In this document: piece after piece, positions 29,051 to 38,489 of the stretch | How positions within the stretch are numbered: position 1 is the first letter of the stretch | Layout of the letters: each line of letters starts with the position of its first letter | Assembly (NCBI GenBank): GCA_026390575.1 | Contig: JAPLFR010000016.1 | Coordinates: 534,737 to 598,736 of the forward strand | DNA length: 64,000 nucleotides | Source of the DNA: Ignavibacteriales bacterium | GTDB lineage: Bacteria > Bacteroidota > Ignavibacteria > UBA10030 | Reading direction: 5' to 3' | Notes under the pieces: generated by a model | What the model was told of the DNA's origin: nothing | Databases searched by the model: none | The model's input: the letters and a program-made list of their open reading frames with translations, nothing else | Translations under genes and position numbers: made by a program

Positions 29051-29818
29051 ATGAGAGAAGAACATTACGACATTTCCGGTATAAACTTTAACTTCTCAAT
29101 AATGAGGATTAATACCCTAAGCGTTCTTTGGATTTGTGCGTTAGTTGTGGCAATCAGAATGAATTATGAAGCGACATTCCTGACCTGGGAGCAGGGGCCA
29201 CAAATGATAGGATTTAGTTTTGTTCATTCCTATGGGGCATTATTGATATTAGCGTCGCTCATTCTAATCATAATAACTTTTATCCAGATGGTTAGAATAA
29301 TAATCAAGTTATTCAAGAAATCGAAGATTGAACGTCAATACTTTATTTGTTTCATAATTTCGATCTTCTTTATTTGCTTAAACTTTATTCCTTATAGTGT
29401 TGCACAGACATTTATGATTCATTCCCAAGGATTACCAAAAGATACTCTACGATTCTTTACAAACGCAGCACATGATGGCGATCTAGGAATAATGAAATTG
29501 ATGATAAAGAAAAGGTATCAGCCAGACAGCACCGTCTTTTCGACTTGTTTGTTTAATGCTTGTTTCAGTGGACATAGAGATGTTATAGAGTATTCCTTGG
29601 AACATGGTGCCAACATCAATTATCAAACCGATGATTTTAAGACGACACCATTAATGATTGCTGCCGAGAAAGACGAATCAGAAACAATTGAATTTTTATT
29701 GGCGCATGGGGCTAATCCTAGGTTAAGAGACGAATTTGAAGAAGAAAGAACAGCGTTGGATTGGGCTGTATATTATAAAAATAAAAAAAGTATTTCAATA
29801 TTGAGCAAGTATAAATAG
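29051..29818 (+). CDS. membrane-anchored ankyrin-repeat protein
   Basis: N-terminal TMs; LEHGANIN, TPLMIAA, LLAHGANP, TALDWA ankyrin motifs. Confidence 0.85.
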   Translation: MREEHYDISGINFNFSIMRINTLSVLWICALVVAIRMNYEATFLTWEQGPQMIGFSFVHSYGALLILASLILIIITFIQMVRIIIKLFKKSKIERQYFICFIISIFFICLNFIPYSVAQTFMIHSQGLPKDTLRFFTNAAHDGDLGIMKLMIKKRYQPDSTVFSTCLFNACFSGHRDVIEYSLEHGANINYQTDDFKTTPLMIAAEKDESETIEFLLAHGANPRLRDEFEEERTALDWAVYYKNKKSISILSKYK

Positions 29819-29883
29819 TGTTTCTCTACACCATCATCCTCTTCACGAGAGTTGTTATGATCAAACATATAAAAGGATAACTC

Positions 29884-30384
29884 ATGACTATTACCAGAGT
29901 ATTTTTTACCGGTGTCATTATTTTGTGTTTCATTACAATTCGAAATGATGCAAGACAATCACGACCCGAAATACTCACCATCGATCCAATAAAACCCTCT
30001 AATCTTGTTTTAACTGGAGATTCCGCCTTCTTTAGCAGGGATGCAAAAAAAGTTAAAAAACACAGAAAGATGAAAGATACATCAGATGCTCCGCCCTATG
30101 AAGGAATTCCTCTTTCACAGCAACCGACATTCTTGAAAATGATTATTCCTAAATGTCCCAAGGAAGCAATCATTAAATCAATGACTGGTACAACCAAAGT
30201 AAAAGTTTGGGTTGATGAGCATGGTAATCCAAGGCTTGCAGTAATAATGGAATCATCAGACAAGATTTTCAATGAGTGTTCATTGATATCGGCAATGCAG
30301 TGGACATTTAAACCAGCAATGAACGACAATAAACCAACTTCATCATGGATGTATATTCCATTTCGTTTTCGGAACTGTAAATAA
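29884..30384 (+). CDS. TonB C-terminal domain protein (energy transducer TonB family)
   Basis: P.FLK...P..PKEA....GT.KVKVWVDE.G, QWTFKPA, IPFRF. Confidence 0.8.
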   Translation: MTITRVFFTGVIILCFITIRNDARQSRPEILTIDPIKPSNLVLTGDSAFFSRDAKKVKKHRKMKDTSDAPPYEGIPLSQQPTFLKMIIPKCPKEAIIKSMTGTTKVKVWVDEHGNPRLAVIMESSDKIFNECSLISAMQWTFKPAMNDNKPTSSWMYIPFRFRNCK

Positions 30385-30393
30385 TTCATTGGC

Positions 30394-30454
30394 GTCTAGC
30401 CTGCGGCTCCCCGCAATCCCGATAGAAAGCGGCAGGAGTTATCATAAGTTAGGT
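30394..30454 (+). repeat. attC-like intergenic repeat copy 2 (GTCTAGC...GTTAGGT, 61 bp)
   Basis: Starts 9 bp after the TonB stop; internal CTCC-CCGC/GCGG-GGAG pairing; GTTRRRY-matching end before next RBS. Confidence 0.55.
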
Positions 30455-30470
30455 TCATAAGAGGAAAAAA

Positions 30471-31163
30471 ATGGAAAGTGATTATGCCGAATGCCGGATC
30501 TGCAAGTACCAGTTCCACAAACCTGACGTTGATGATACTGGCATAAGAATTAAGTGCCCATCTTGCGGAGGACTTGCAAGGAACTATTATGTCTCGCTTA
30601 GTGGTACGGTATATGCGGTTGGTTCGGTAGAAGCTACTCTTACAGTCGCAAGTGAACCTAACCCGGAGATCGAAGCTGTTTTTAAGCTAGATGACAAGTT
30701 CGCCGGAAAAAGTATAATTGAATATTCAAACATTGTCGACGAGAAGCTAATAGATTACTTTAGTGCGCACCCACAAGAACTAAAGACAATGAATCGCAGA
30801 GGTTTTGAAGATCTAGTTGCAGAACTATTCCACGGATTTGGCTACGATGTCGAGCTAACTAAGCAGACTCGTGATGGTGGCAGAGATATCATAGTTGTCA
30901 GAAATTCTGAGGTTAAGGTAAAGTACTTAATCGAATGCAAGAGACCTGACCCCGGGAAAAAAGTTGGTGTGCAGCCAGTTAGAGAACTTTTTGGTGTAAA
31001 AAATGACGAGTTGGCTACAAAAGCAATTCTCGCCACAACAGCATACTTCTCAAGGGATGCAAAATTATTTTATGAAAAGCATGAATGGGAACTCGAATTA
31101 AGAGATTACAATGACTTGATTGAATGGATAAGAATATATCTAAATATGAAAGGCAGAGGATAA
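30471..31163 (+). CDS. Mrr-type restriction endonuclease domain protein with N-terminal Zn ribbon
   Basis: CRIC...CPSC; FEDLVAELF..GY.VELT..TRDGGRD...IECKR..VGV..VREL.G, ATTAYFS. Confidence 0.85.
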   Translation: MESDYAECRICKYQFHKPDVDDTGIRIKCPSCGGLARNYYVSLSGTVYAVGSVEATLTVASEPNPEIEAVFKLDDKFAGKSIIEYSNIVDEKLIDYFSAHPQELKTMNRRGFEDLVAELFHGFGYDVELTKQTRDGGRDIIVVRNSEVKVKYLIECKRPDPGKKVGVQPVRELFGVKNDELATKAILATTAYFSRDAKLFYEKHEWELELRDYNDLIEWIRIYLNMKGRG

Positions 31164-31226
31164 GCCTAGCCGCCATCCATTAAGTAGTGTATAATCGGAG
31201 AATAAACAAAGGAGCGTCTCATAAAG

Positions 31227-31715
31227 GTGAAATCAATATTTTTTATTTTAATTCCGATTTTTATTTCTTGTTCCCACTCAACCACTCCGCCTGAAATGAG
31301 AGACTTTAATTTTAAGTTCAGTTATGGGGTTAACGAACGGAATATTATCAACACATTTCAAAATACCTATACAAAGGATTTAATTTCCGATGGAGATACT
31401 ACGGTTCCATTTACACTATCCGCCAATGACTTGAAGCAAATTTTGGATAAAATGAATGAAATCGGTTTTTTTGAATATCCTGATACTTTTATTGTACCTA
31501 CAGAGGGCCCCGTTACAATAGTGAGACCTTTTTCGATATACAGATTTGATGTATGCGCTAAGGTGTCGAAAAAACACCTTTACTGGAAAGATGAAATAAA
31601 GAATGAAAATGCTCAGGCGACAAAACTGCGAGAACTTAATGCACTCATCATAGGAATTATACAATCGAAACCGGAATATTCACAGCTGCCTCTCGCAAGC
31701 GGTGGTTACTTATAA
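31227..31715 (+). CDS. hypothetical lipoprotein
   Basis: Lipobox FISC; AAGGAG upstream. Confidence 0.7.
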   Translation: MKSIFFILIPIFISCSHSTTPPEMRDFNFKFSYGVNERNIINTFQNTYTKDLISDGDTTVPFTLSANDLKQILDKMNEIGFFEYPDTFIVPTEGPVTIVRPFSIYRFDVCAKVSKKHLYWKDEIKNENAQATKLRELNALIIGIIQSKPEYSQLPLASGGYL

Positions 31716-31724
31716 ACAATATGT

Positions 31725-31762
31725 GGCCCACAATCCCACCGGAAAACAGTGGGAGTTGCACC
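31725..31762 (+). repeat. intergenic repeat copy 3 (CCCACAATCCCACCGGAAAACAGTGGGAGTTGC)
   Basis: Shares GAAAACAGTGGGAGTT exactly with copy 1; TCCCAC/GTGGGA hairpin. Confidence 0.6.
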
Positions 31763-31808
31763 CTGCGAGACGGCGAAGGCATACACGTAACAATAAAATG
31801 ATATTATC

Positions 31809-32366
31809 ATGACTTCTCCAATGCACTTCACACGTACACATCTTGAACAAGCCTTAACAGCGGAACAATTGCGAGGAATTCTCATCATTAGAATTGCTCT
31901 GATGCTTGGAATCTCGTTCTATTACTTCGTCGTTTTTCTCTTGTACTCCATGTTCAATCCTGAAGGCTTTAGCAAACAAGATGTGTCGTTGATGCATGTG
32001 CTTTCCACAGCACATGCTGTGTTTACGCTGGCAGCTGCTACAACAGCGTTCTATCTCTCAAGCCTTCAACTGCGTCCCGAACGTCTCACCGGGCAGTCAG
32101 ACATTCAAACACCGGAAGATGCGGCTTTGTATGCCGTGGGATTATACCGGACAAGTTCAATAATACTCATGGCGCCAATTGAAGGAGCATCCTTCTTCGG
32201 AGCCGTGATTTGTATGATAGGTGTTCAGAACGGGACAATCGAATTTTATCCGATGTATTGGCTGAATGCTGCATCTGCTGTTTTATTAGTCTTGGTAGGA
32301 ATCATGACATTCCCGACACGCAAGAGGGTTCTCGAAACGTTGGAGTCTGCATTCGTGCAACGGTGA
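31809..32366 (+). CDS. hypothetical membrane protein (4 TM)
   Basis: Hydrophobic 185-aa ORF. Confidence 0.7.
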   Translation: MTSPMHFTRTHLEQALTAEQLRGILIIRIALMLGISFYYFVVFLLYSMFNPEGFSKQDVSLMHVLSTAHAVFTLAAATTAFYLSSLQLRPERLTGQSDIQTPEDAALYAVGLYRTSSIILMAPIEGASFFGAVICMIGVQNGTIEFYPMYWLNAASAVLLVLVGIMTFPTRKRVLETLESAFVQR

Positions 32367-32382
32367 TTCTTATGAGGCTGCG

Positions 32383-32424
32383 GGCTAGATAGCAATTCTC
32401 CGCTATCCTGTTTTTAAACAGCGG
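32383..32424 (+). repeat. intergenic repeat copy 4 (GGCTAGA-N5-ATTCTCCGCTATCCTG..AAACAGCGG)
   Basis: Aligns by eye with copies 1, 2 and 5. Confidence 0.5.
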
Positions 32425-32447
32425 TACTGTGAGCGGCATTTTAACTA

Positions 32448-33002
32448 TTGGTCAATTGGAGAAAAATGAAAGTATTATTAATCATAGATATGCAGGTGGG
32501 ATCTTTTAAGCCTGAAACGCCGCGCTATGATGCCGATGGTGTTGTGGAAAGAATAAATTCATTATCAGATTATTTCCGGCATAATGGAGACAAAGTAATT
32601 TTTATCCAACACGATGGAACGAAGGAAAATTCATATATTCCCGGTACATCTGATTGGAATATTTTACCAACGCTCATTCAGCGTCCGGATGATATTATCC
32701 TGGGTAAAACGGCTAACGATTCATTCTATAATACAGATTTAGAAACCATATTGAAAAAAAATGATATAACTGATTTATTTATTACTGGCTGTGCGACAGA
32801 TTTTTGTGTCAACGCGACTGTGCATTCTGCTTTAATCAAGGATTATAATATTTTCGTGGTCAAAGATTGTCATACAACAGCAAATCGTTCTTATTTGAGC
32901 GCTGAAAAAGTGATTCAATATCATAATTGGCTCTGGGAGAATATGACTCCCACGAATGGACAAATAAAATTAGTTTTATCAAAGGATTTAATAAAAGTTT
33001 AA
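32448..33002 (+). CDS. isochorismatase-like cysteine hydrolase
   Basis: LLIIDMQ, KT..DSF, GCATDFCV..T, DCHT; probable start MKVLL at 32466. Confidence 0.9.
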   Translation: MVNWRKMKVLLIIDMQVGSFKPETPRYDADGVVERINSLSDYFRHNGDKVIFIQHDGTKENSYIPGTSDWNILPTLIQRPDDIILGKTANDSFYNTDLETILKKNDITDLFITGCATDFCVNATVHSALIKDYNIFVVKDCHTTANRSYLSAEKVIQYHNWLWENMTPTNGQIKLVLSKDLIKV

Positions 33003-33041
33003 AATCCCATTCCACCCGATGTTTTTGCAGAAGGAAGATAA

Positions 33042-33476
33042 ATGGCAAAAAGACTTCCGATAACAGATGTTCCTTGTAATGGCTGTACCCTGTGTTGCCA
33101 GGGCGACGCCGTGAGGCTTGAGAAAGATGACACTGCGATGCAGTATGAAACCGAACCTCATCCATTCATACCGGGCGCATTCATGCTTGCTCACAAATCA
33201 AATGGTGAATGTATATACTTGGACAAAAATGGCTGCAGAATCCATGAGCACGCACCCTCTTTGTGCCGGCTCGCCGATTGCCGCAGTCTCGCTCTACGGA
33301 TAGACTATGAAACAGCAAGGCGGCTTCATTTTATGAACAGATTGGATATTCGAGTATGGGATCAAGGACATAAACTTCTCGAAAAAATGGTTGTACAAAA
33401 CAATAATGATCATTCATGTGCGGCTATTGCCGATATGAGAAAACGCCTAAGCAGGCACTCTCCACTATCCCGTTAA
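33042..33476 (+). CDS. YkgJ-family cysteine-cluster (CxxCxxCC) protein
   Basis: CNGCTLCC...CIYL..GCRIHE..P.LCR. Confidence 0.85.
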   Translation: MAKRLPITDVPCNGCTLCCQGDAVRLEKDDTAMQYETEPHPFIPGAFMLAHKSNGECIYLDKNGCRIHEHAPSLCRLADCRSLALRIDYETARRLHFMNRLDIRVWDQGHKLLEKMVVQNNNDHSCAAIADMRKRLSRHSPLSR

Positions 33477-33521
33477 AAACATCGGGACACATAAAACGCG
33501 GAGAGCAGTGGGAATTGCAAC
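33445..33521 (+). repeat. attC-like repeat copy 5 (GCCTAAG-N5-ACTCTCCACTATCCCG...CAGTGGGAATTGCAAC) with an internal extra segment
   Basis: Matches copies 1 and 3; contains the stop codon of the upstream gene. Confidence 0.55.
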
Positions 33522-33595
33522 TCCCGTCGGTCAAGCGGCTTTTATAAAAGTTCAGTAGAATCTTCAAGAACTATAAGGGGAAATAAGGTAAGAAT

Positions 33596-34084
33596 ATGGA
33601 AACAATTATTAATTCAAAGAATGAAATGTTCCGTCATAGTATCGCAACCTTAGCGTATCGTGCGGCAAAAACGCTCCGTAATGCCCCTGAAAATTTTGCC
33701 ACATTTCGGATCGATGCTAAATCCAGAACATCTGTTGAAATTCTAACGCACATGGGCGACCTCATAGTTTGGGCGCTTTCGATGGCAAAGGGAAAAGGCA
33801 TCTGGCATGAATCAACTCCACAGGATTGGGAGAGTGAAGCTGCTCGTTTCTTTGACTCTATAAGACAATTTGATACATACCTGGCAAGCGGTTCTACGAT
33901 TGCATGCCCATTGGAAAAGTTATTTCAAGGACCAATCGCTGACGCGCTGACGCACGTTGGCCAGCTTGCTATGCTGCGGCGTCTGGCAGGAGCTCCAATC
34001 ATAGGCGAGAACTATTTCGTAGCAGATATCATAGTTGGACGTGTCGGCCCTGAGCAATCTCAACCTCGAAAGACGTTTGGTTAA
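33596..34084 (+). CDS. DinB/YfiT-like four-helix bundle protein
   Basis: EILTHMGD...DALTHVGQLAMLRR His pattern. Confidence 0.7.
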   Translation: METIINSKNEMFRHSIATLAYRAAKTLRNAPENFATFRIDAKSRTSVEILTHMGDLIVWALSMAKGKGIWHESTPQDWESEAARFFDSIRQFDTYLASGSTIACPLEKLFQGPIADALTHVGQLAMLRRLAGAPIIGENYFVADIIVGRVGPEQSQPRKTFG

Positions 34085-34148
34085 AGTATTACAGAACTCC
34101 AGACTGTAAGGCGGTCATGAGTCAACCCTTCCAGAAAGAGAGGAATAA

Positions 34149-34511
34149 ATGAATGAATTATTTTCGTACTGTGGCCTCGTTTGCAGCACCTGCCCTATTT
34201 ACTTGGCAACGAGAGAAGTCAACAAAGAAGAGCAGATAAAAAAGAGAACCGAGATCGCCAGAATTTGTAAAGAACACTATAGAATGAATTACGAGCTGTC
34301 AGACATCACTGATTGCGACGGCTGCCACACGGAAGGCGGAAGATTGTTTTCAGGATGTACGACGTGCACTATAAGAGAATGCGCAAAACAAAAGGCAATA
34401 GAAAACTGCGCGTATTGTTCAGAATATATCTGCCAGAAACTTGAATTATTTTTCGTCCAGGATCCATCTGCAAAGATACGTTTGGACGAGATAAGAAATA
34501 GAATTTCTTAA
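34149..34511 (+). CDS. DUF3795 family Cys-rich protein
   Basis: YCGLVCSTCP, CDGC, C.IRECA, NCAYC..Y.C. Confidence 0.85.
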   Translation: MNELFSYCGLVCSTCPIYLATREVNKEEQIKKRTEIARICKEHYRMNYELSDITDCDGCHTEGGRLFSGCTTCTIRECAKQKAIENCAYCSEYICQKLELFFVQDPSAKIRLDEIRNRIS

Positions 34512-34790
34512 AATAGGCATCAAATGAACAGCCAGTTTTTCAAGTTCGGCTTATCCACTCACATGCATCGGGCAAAACACAATTTCTCAATGTTCAAATT
34601 ATGAATCAGTGTATAGATGAAAATATTGATTTATGAAGCGCAATATTTGTAAATTCATCATGTCATTTCTGATATTCATCTTAGAGTGAAATAAGAAGAA
34701 AGAAAAAGATATGGTGATTGTCGCACCGGGAAAATATTTAAAAGAATACTGTTTCCATTATTTCAAGCGTTGCTATCTATGTCATGAAAG

Positions 34791-36587
34791 ATGGTTGATA
34801 GAATGACGGCAGATATAATTATATCAATGATTGCAGCGGTTGGATTTATCCTGGCGTCGCTCTATGTTATCATCGCACGCAGGGTGAGACCATCGTGGAA
34901 AGCCGGTGTTTTAATTTTACTCTCGTGCGCCGATGTCACTCTGGCACATGCTTTACAAGGTATCAATTTTGATTTTGCAACAAAAGTATTCTGGTACAAG
35001 ATGTGCATTTTGGGTTTTACCATTACTCCTACGGCATTCTTCTGTCTTACTCTGCGTTACGGCGGATGGGGGAACATACTCACAACCCGTACGCTTGTTA
35101 TGCTTAGTGTTTTCCCTGCCTTGAGCGCAGGGCTTATTCTCACGAACGAAATACATGGCTTAGTCTGGAATCCTGCGAGTATAGCACGTATCGTAAACAT
35201 AACAACCTTTGTTTCTATTACCGACGCGCGTATCTGGTATTGGTTATTTGTTGCTTACTCGTATTTACTCATGGGCGTCGGCTGCTTTTTTCTTATCCGA
35301 TTATTGATATTGTCGCATGGAATCTATGGATGGCAAGCCGGTGCAGTAGTATTTGCTGCAATACTTGCATTGCTTGGTGTTCTGTTGGATTTTCTCGTTA
35401 TGAGCCCTCTCCCGCCATTCGCAGCAACTGCATTGGGAATGGCTGCAGGATCTATTACAGTAGCTTTTCTTTTACCCTCTCTCCGGCGTCGCGATCTGAT
35501 ATATATTTCTCGCAGAGCAATCATTGACAGTATTAGTGATAGTATCATGGTCGTGGATGGAGAAAATCGTATTGTGGAAATGAATCCTTCAGCAGAAAAG
35601 TTGATAAGCGAACTTGCCTCGCAAGCAATCGGCAAACATATAGATCAATTTTTGCCGGAATTGAGTTCACATTGGATTCATAATGCCAATATCAGCAGTG
35701 AGGTGACACTGAAGCGTGGAGAGACGACATATATCTTTGACCTGCACGTTTCGATCATTCATGATTGGCAAGGGCACATCGCAGGTCGATCGATTGACCT
35801 GCATGATATTTCAGACCGGAAACGTGCAGAAGAACAAGTCCGTACATTGAATGAAGAGTTGGAATTCCGTGTCATCGAACGCACAAAACAGTTGGAAGCA
35901 GCAAACAAGGAACTTGAAGCTTTTGCATATTCGGTTGCGCACGATTTGCGCGCACCACTAAGAGCAATCGATGGCTTTGCGCATATTCTGCTGGAAGATT
36001 ATGAAAATTTACTGGGCAAGGAAGGGAAACGTTTGTGTACTATTATTTACGGCGAGTCACAGCAAATGGGCAGATTGATCGACGATCTTCTTGCTTTCTC
36101 TCATATCAGCCATACTGAAATACAAATGACCTTGATCGATATGGAGGATCTTGTAAAATCCATTTTCTACAAATTATCAACCCCGAAAAGTCGAGAACGT
36201 ATTGATTTCCAGGTAGGTCCTTTACCGAAAACAATGAGCGACATAACGCTCATCAGCGAGGTGTGGCTCAACCTCATCTCCAACGCTATAAAATTTTCCT
36301 CTAAGCGGGAGCGTGCGATCATTGAAGTGAGTTATCTCCAAGAAGGAGATAACATCATATACTTGGTTCGGGATAATGGAGCCGGATTTGATATGCGATA
36401 TGCAGGCAAGCTCTTTACCATTTTCTGGCGCATGCACAGTGATAAAGAATTTGAAGGCACCGGCATTGGTTTGGCTATTGTTCAGCGTCTCATTCGTCGG
36501 CATGGCGGAGAAGTATGGGCCGAGAGTGAAGTGGATAAAGGCGCAACTTTTTATTTTACTCTTCCACAGAAAAGAAGTCGATCGTGA
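34791..36587 (+). CDS. sensor histidine kinase (HisKA_7TM - PAS - HisKA - HATPase)
   Basis: N-terminal TMs with LTNE.HGL; H-box SVAHDLRAPL; NLISNAIKF, DNGAGF, GTGIGL. Confidence 0.93.
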   Translation: MVDRMTADIIISMIAAVGFILASLYVIIARRVRPSWKAGVLILLSCADVTLAHALQGINFDFATKVFWYKMCILGFTITPTAFFCLTLRYGGWGNILTTRTLVMLSVFPALSAGLILTNEIHGLVWNPASIARIVNITTFVSITDARIWYWLFVAYSYLLMGVGCFFLIRLLILSHGIYGWQAGAVVFAAILALLGVLLDFLVMSPLPPFAATALGMAAGSITVAFLLPSLRRRDLIYISRRAIIDSISDSIMVVDGENRIVEMNPSAEKLISELASQAIGKHIDQFLPELSSHWIHNANISSEVTLKRGETTYIFDLHVSIIHDWQGHIAGRSIDLHDISDRKRAEEQVRTLNEELEFRVIERTKQLEAANKELEAFAYSVAHDLRAPLRAIDGFAHILLEDYENLLGKEGKRLCTIIYGESQQMGRLIDDLLAFSHISHTEIQMTLIDMEDLVKSIFYKLSTPKSRERIDFQVGPLPKTMSDITLISEVWLNLISNAIKFSSKRERAIIEVSYLQEGDNIIYLVRDNGAGFDMRYAGKLFTIFWRMHSDKEFEGTGIGLAIVQRLIRRHGGEVWAESEVDKGATFYFTLPQKRSRS

Positions 36588-36773
36588 ACTGGCACACCAT
36601 GAATAATTATCGAGGTAAGAAAGAGAATTCCTTAACATAGTTTTTACATGAACGAATGATGCTATGCAACACTCCCGCCTAGCATAGTACCGTATTGCAG
36701 GTCCATGTGCGATGGTATTCTCATTGTAAATCCTCCTTTAGCTCTTCCTGAAAATTAGGTATATTGTATATCC

Positions 36774-37382
36774 ATGCTGCTTCTCACAGTGATAGAAATA
36801 TTGGGAATCTTTGTTGCGGCGCTTTCCGGCATTCTGGAAGCAAAGCGCAACGATATGGATTTGATCGGCATTTACACGGTAGCATTTATCACAGCCCTCG
36901 GCGGCGGAACTATCCGCGACGTTTTGTTGAACCGTTATCCAATTTTTTGGGTCATTCATCCAGAATATGCTGCAGGAATTTTTATCCTTTCGGTTATCAC
37001 AGCACTTATTCTTCGGTACAAGCAAATTACTATTCGCCCGTATGCGATTATCATTCCAGATGCACTTGCACTCGGTTTGTACAGCGCGATTGGCGCTGCG
37101 TATGCTCTAGAATTGAATGTTTCTTGGTTCATTGCTGTGCTTATGGGAACCATTACGGCGACCTTTGGAGGAGTGATGCGCGATATCCTTTGCAATAAAG
37201 TTCCGGATATATTTAAACATGGCGGACATTTATATGCAACATGTGCACTGAGTGCGGCAGTGATGTATATCATCGTGAAGTCGCTCACAAACGATCATGC
37301 ATCCGCAGCGACTGCGAGTTTGATGACAGCAACAGCTCTCCGGCTGCTATCTGTGAAGTTTGATATTACATTGCCAATTTAG
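36774..37382 (+). CDS. trimeric intracellular cation channel family (UPF0126/YadS-like)
   Basis: TALGGGTIRD, PDALALG, TATFGGVMRD duplicated motif. Confidence 0.9.
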   Translation: MLLLTVIEILGIFVAALSGILEAKRNDMDLIGIYTVAFITALGGGTIRDVLLNRYPIFWVIHPEYAAGIFILSVITALILRYKQITIRPYAIIIPDALALGLYSAIGAAYALELNVSWFIAVLMGTITATFGGVMRDILCNKVPDIFKHGGHLYATCALSAAVMYIIVKSLTNDHASAATASLMTATALRLLSVKFDITLPI

Positions 37383-37463
37383 AAAGATAAACTCCCAAAT
37401 CTGTAATTCATGGTAAATGGAACTGCAATTCTCTAACGTGTGTTGTTGATACGAGAAGAAAAT

Positions 37464-38402
37464 ATGCCAAGAGAACGAAAATATACCTTTGGTCCTGTTC
37501 CGTCGAGGCGATTAGGTTTATCACTGGGTGTAGATATTATCCCGAATAAACTCTGCTCACTTGATTGTGTGTACTGCGAAGTCGGCATCACCGACAAACG
37601 CGGCCTTGCAAGGAAAGAATATTTGCCAGCAAATGAAATTCTTGCCGAGGTGAAAGACGTGATCGCAGAATATCCGGATCTCGACCATATTACCATCTCC
37701 GGCTCCGGCGAACCGACATTGAACTCAAAAATTGGCGACATCATCCGCGGCATCAAGCACATGACGAGTGTTCCAGTTGCTGTGCTCACAAACGGGACGC
37801 TTTTGGATAATCCAGAAGTACGGCGCGACTTGATGGATGCAGATATTGTTTCGCCATCGCTGGATGCGGTCTCGGCAGATGTATTTGAAAAAGTCGACCG
37901 GCCCAATCCGAAACTCCGTATAAGCACTATTATCGACGGCATCAAAGCGTTTCGGCGGGAATACCAGGGCAGAATGTGGATCGAAATTCTTTTTGTCAAA
38001 GGAATGAACGACCACGATGAGGAAGTATTCAAGATGAAACAGGTGCTGGATGAAATCCTACCGGAAAAAATTCATCTCAATACCGTCATCCGCCCGCCGG
38101 CATACGCAATTGCACAGCCGGTTGATGAAGACCGCTTGAAGGAGATTCAAAAGATATTGGGTGAACGGAGTGAAATAGTCGGTATCTTCAAAGAAACACA
38201 TAAGACACAAAAGCACAGTATTGACGGACAAGCGATTCTTGCGCTCCTCAAGCGCCGTGCAATGACTGTTGATCAGATGACGGAATCATTGGCTATGCAG
38301 CAAGAAGAAATTATTGCAACTTTGAAACAGTTGGATCAAGGAAAATGTCTTAAGTCGTATGTGTTCAACGGAGAAGAATATTACCAGGCACTACAGAAGT
38401 AA
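37464..38402 (+). CDS. radical SAM protein (COG0731/TYW1-like Fe-S oxidoreductase)
   Basis: FGPVPSRRLG.SLG, CSLDCVYC, SGSGEPTL, LTNG. Confidence 0.88.
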   Translation: MPRERKYTFGPVPSRRLGLSLGVDIIPNKLCSLDCVYCEVGITDKRGLARKEYLPANEILAEVKDVIAEYPDLDHITISGSGEPTLNSKIGDIIRGIKHMTSVPVAVLTNGTLLDNPEVRRDLMDADIVSPSLDAVSADVFEKVDRPNPKLRISTIIDGIKAFRREYQGRMWIEILFVKGMNDHDEEVFKMKQVLDEILPEKIHLNTVIRPPAYAIAQPVDEDRLKEIQKILGERSEIVGIFKETHKTQKHSIDGQAILALLKRRAMTVDQMTESLAMQQEEIIATLKQLDQGKCLKSYVFNGEEYYQALQK

Positions 38403-38489
38403 TTTGTGCTATTTTACTCTAACAAAAAACGAGATCGCACCAGGATAAACCACTACCTTGCTCCTCATCTCATCCAGAGGAAAAAATCT

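Noticed and set aside
28979..33521. Recurring intergenic repeat as a CRISPR array
   Set aside because: Copies are degenerate and separated by whole genes, not 30-40 bp spacers; no cas genes in the window.
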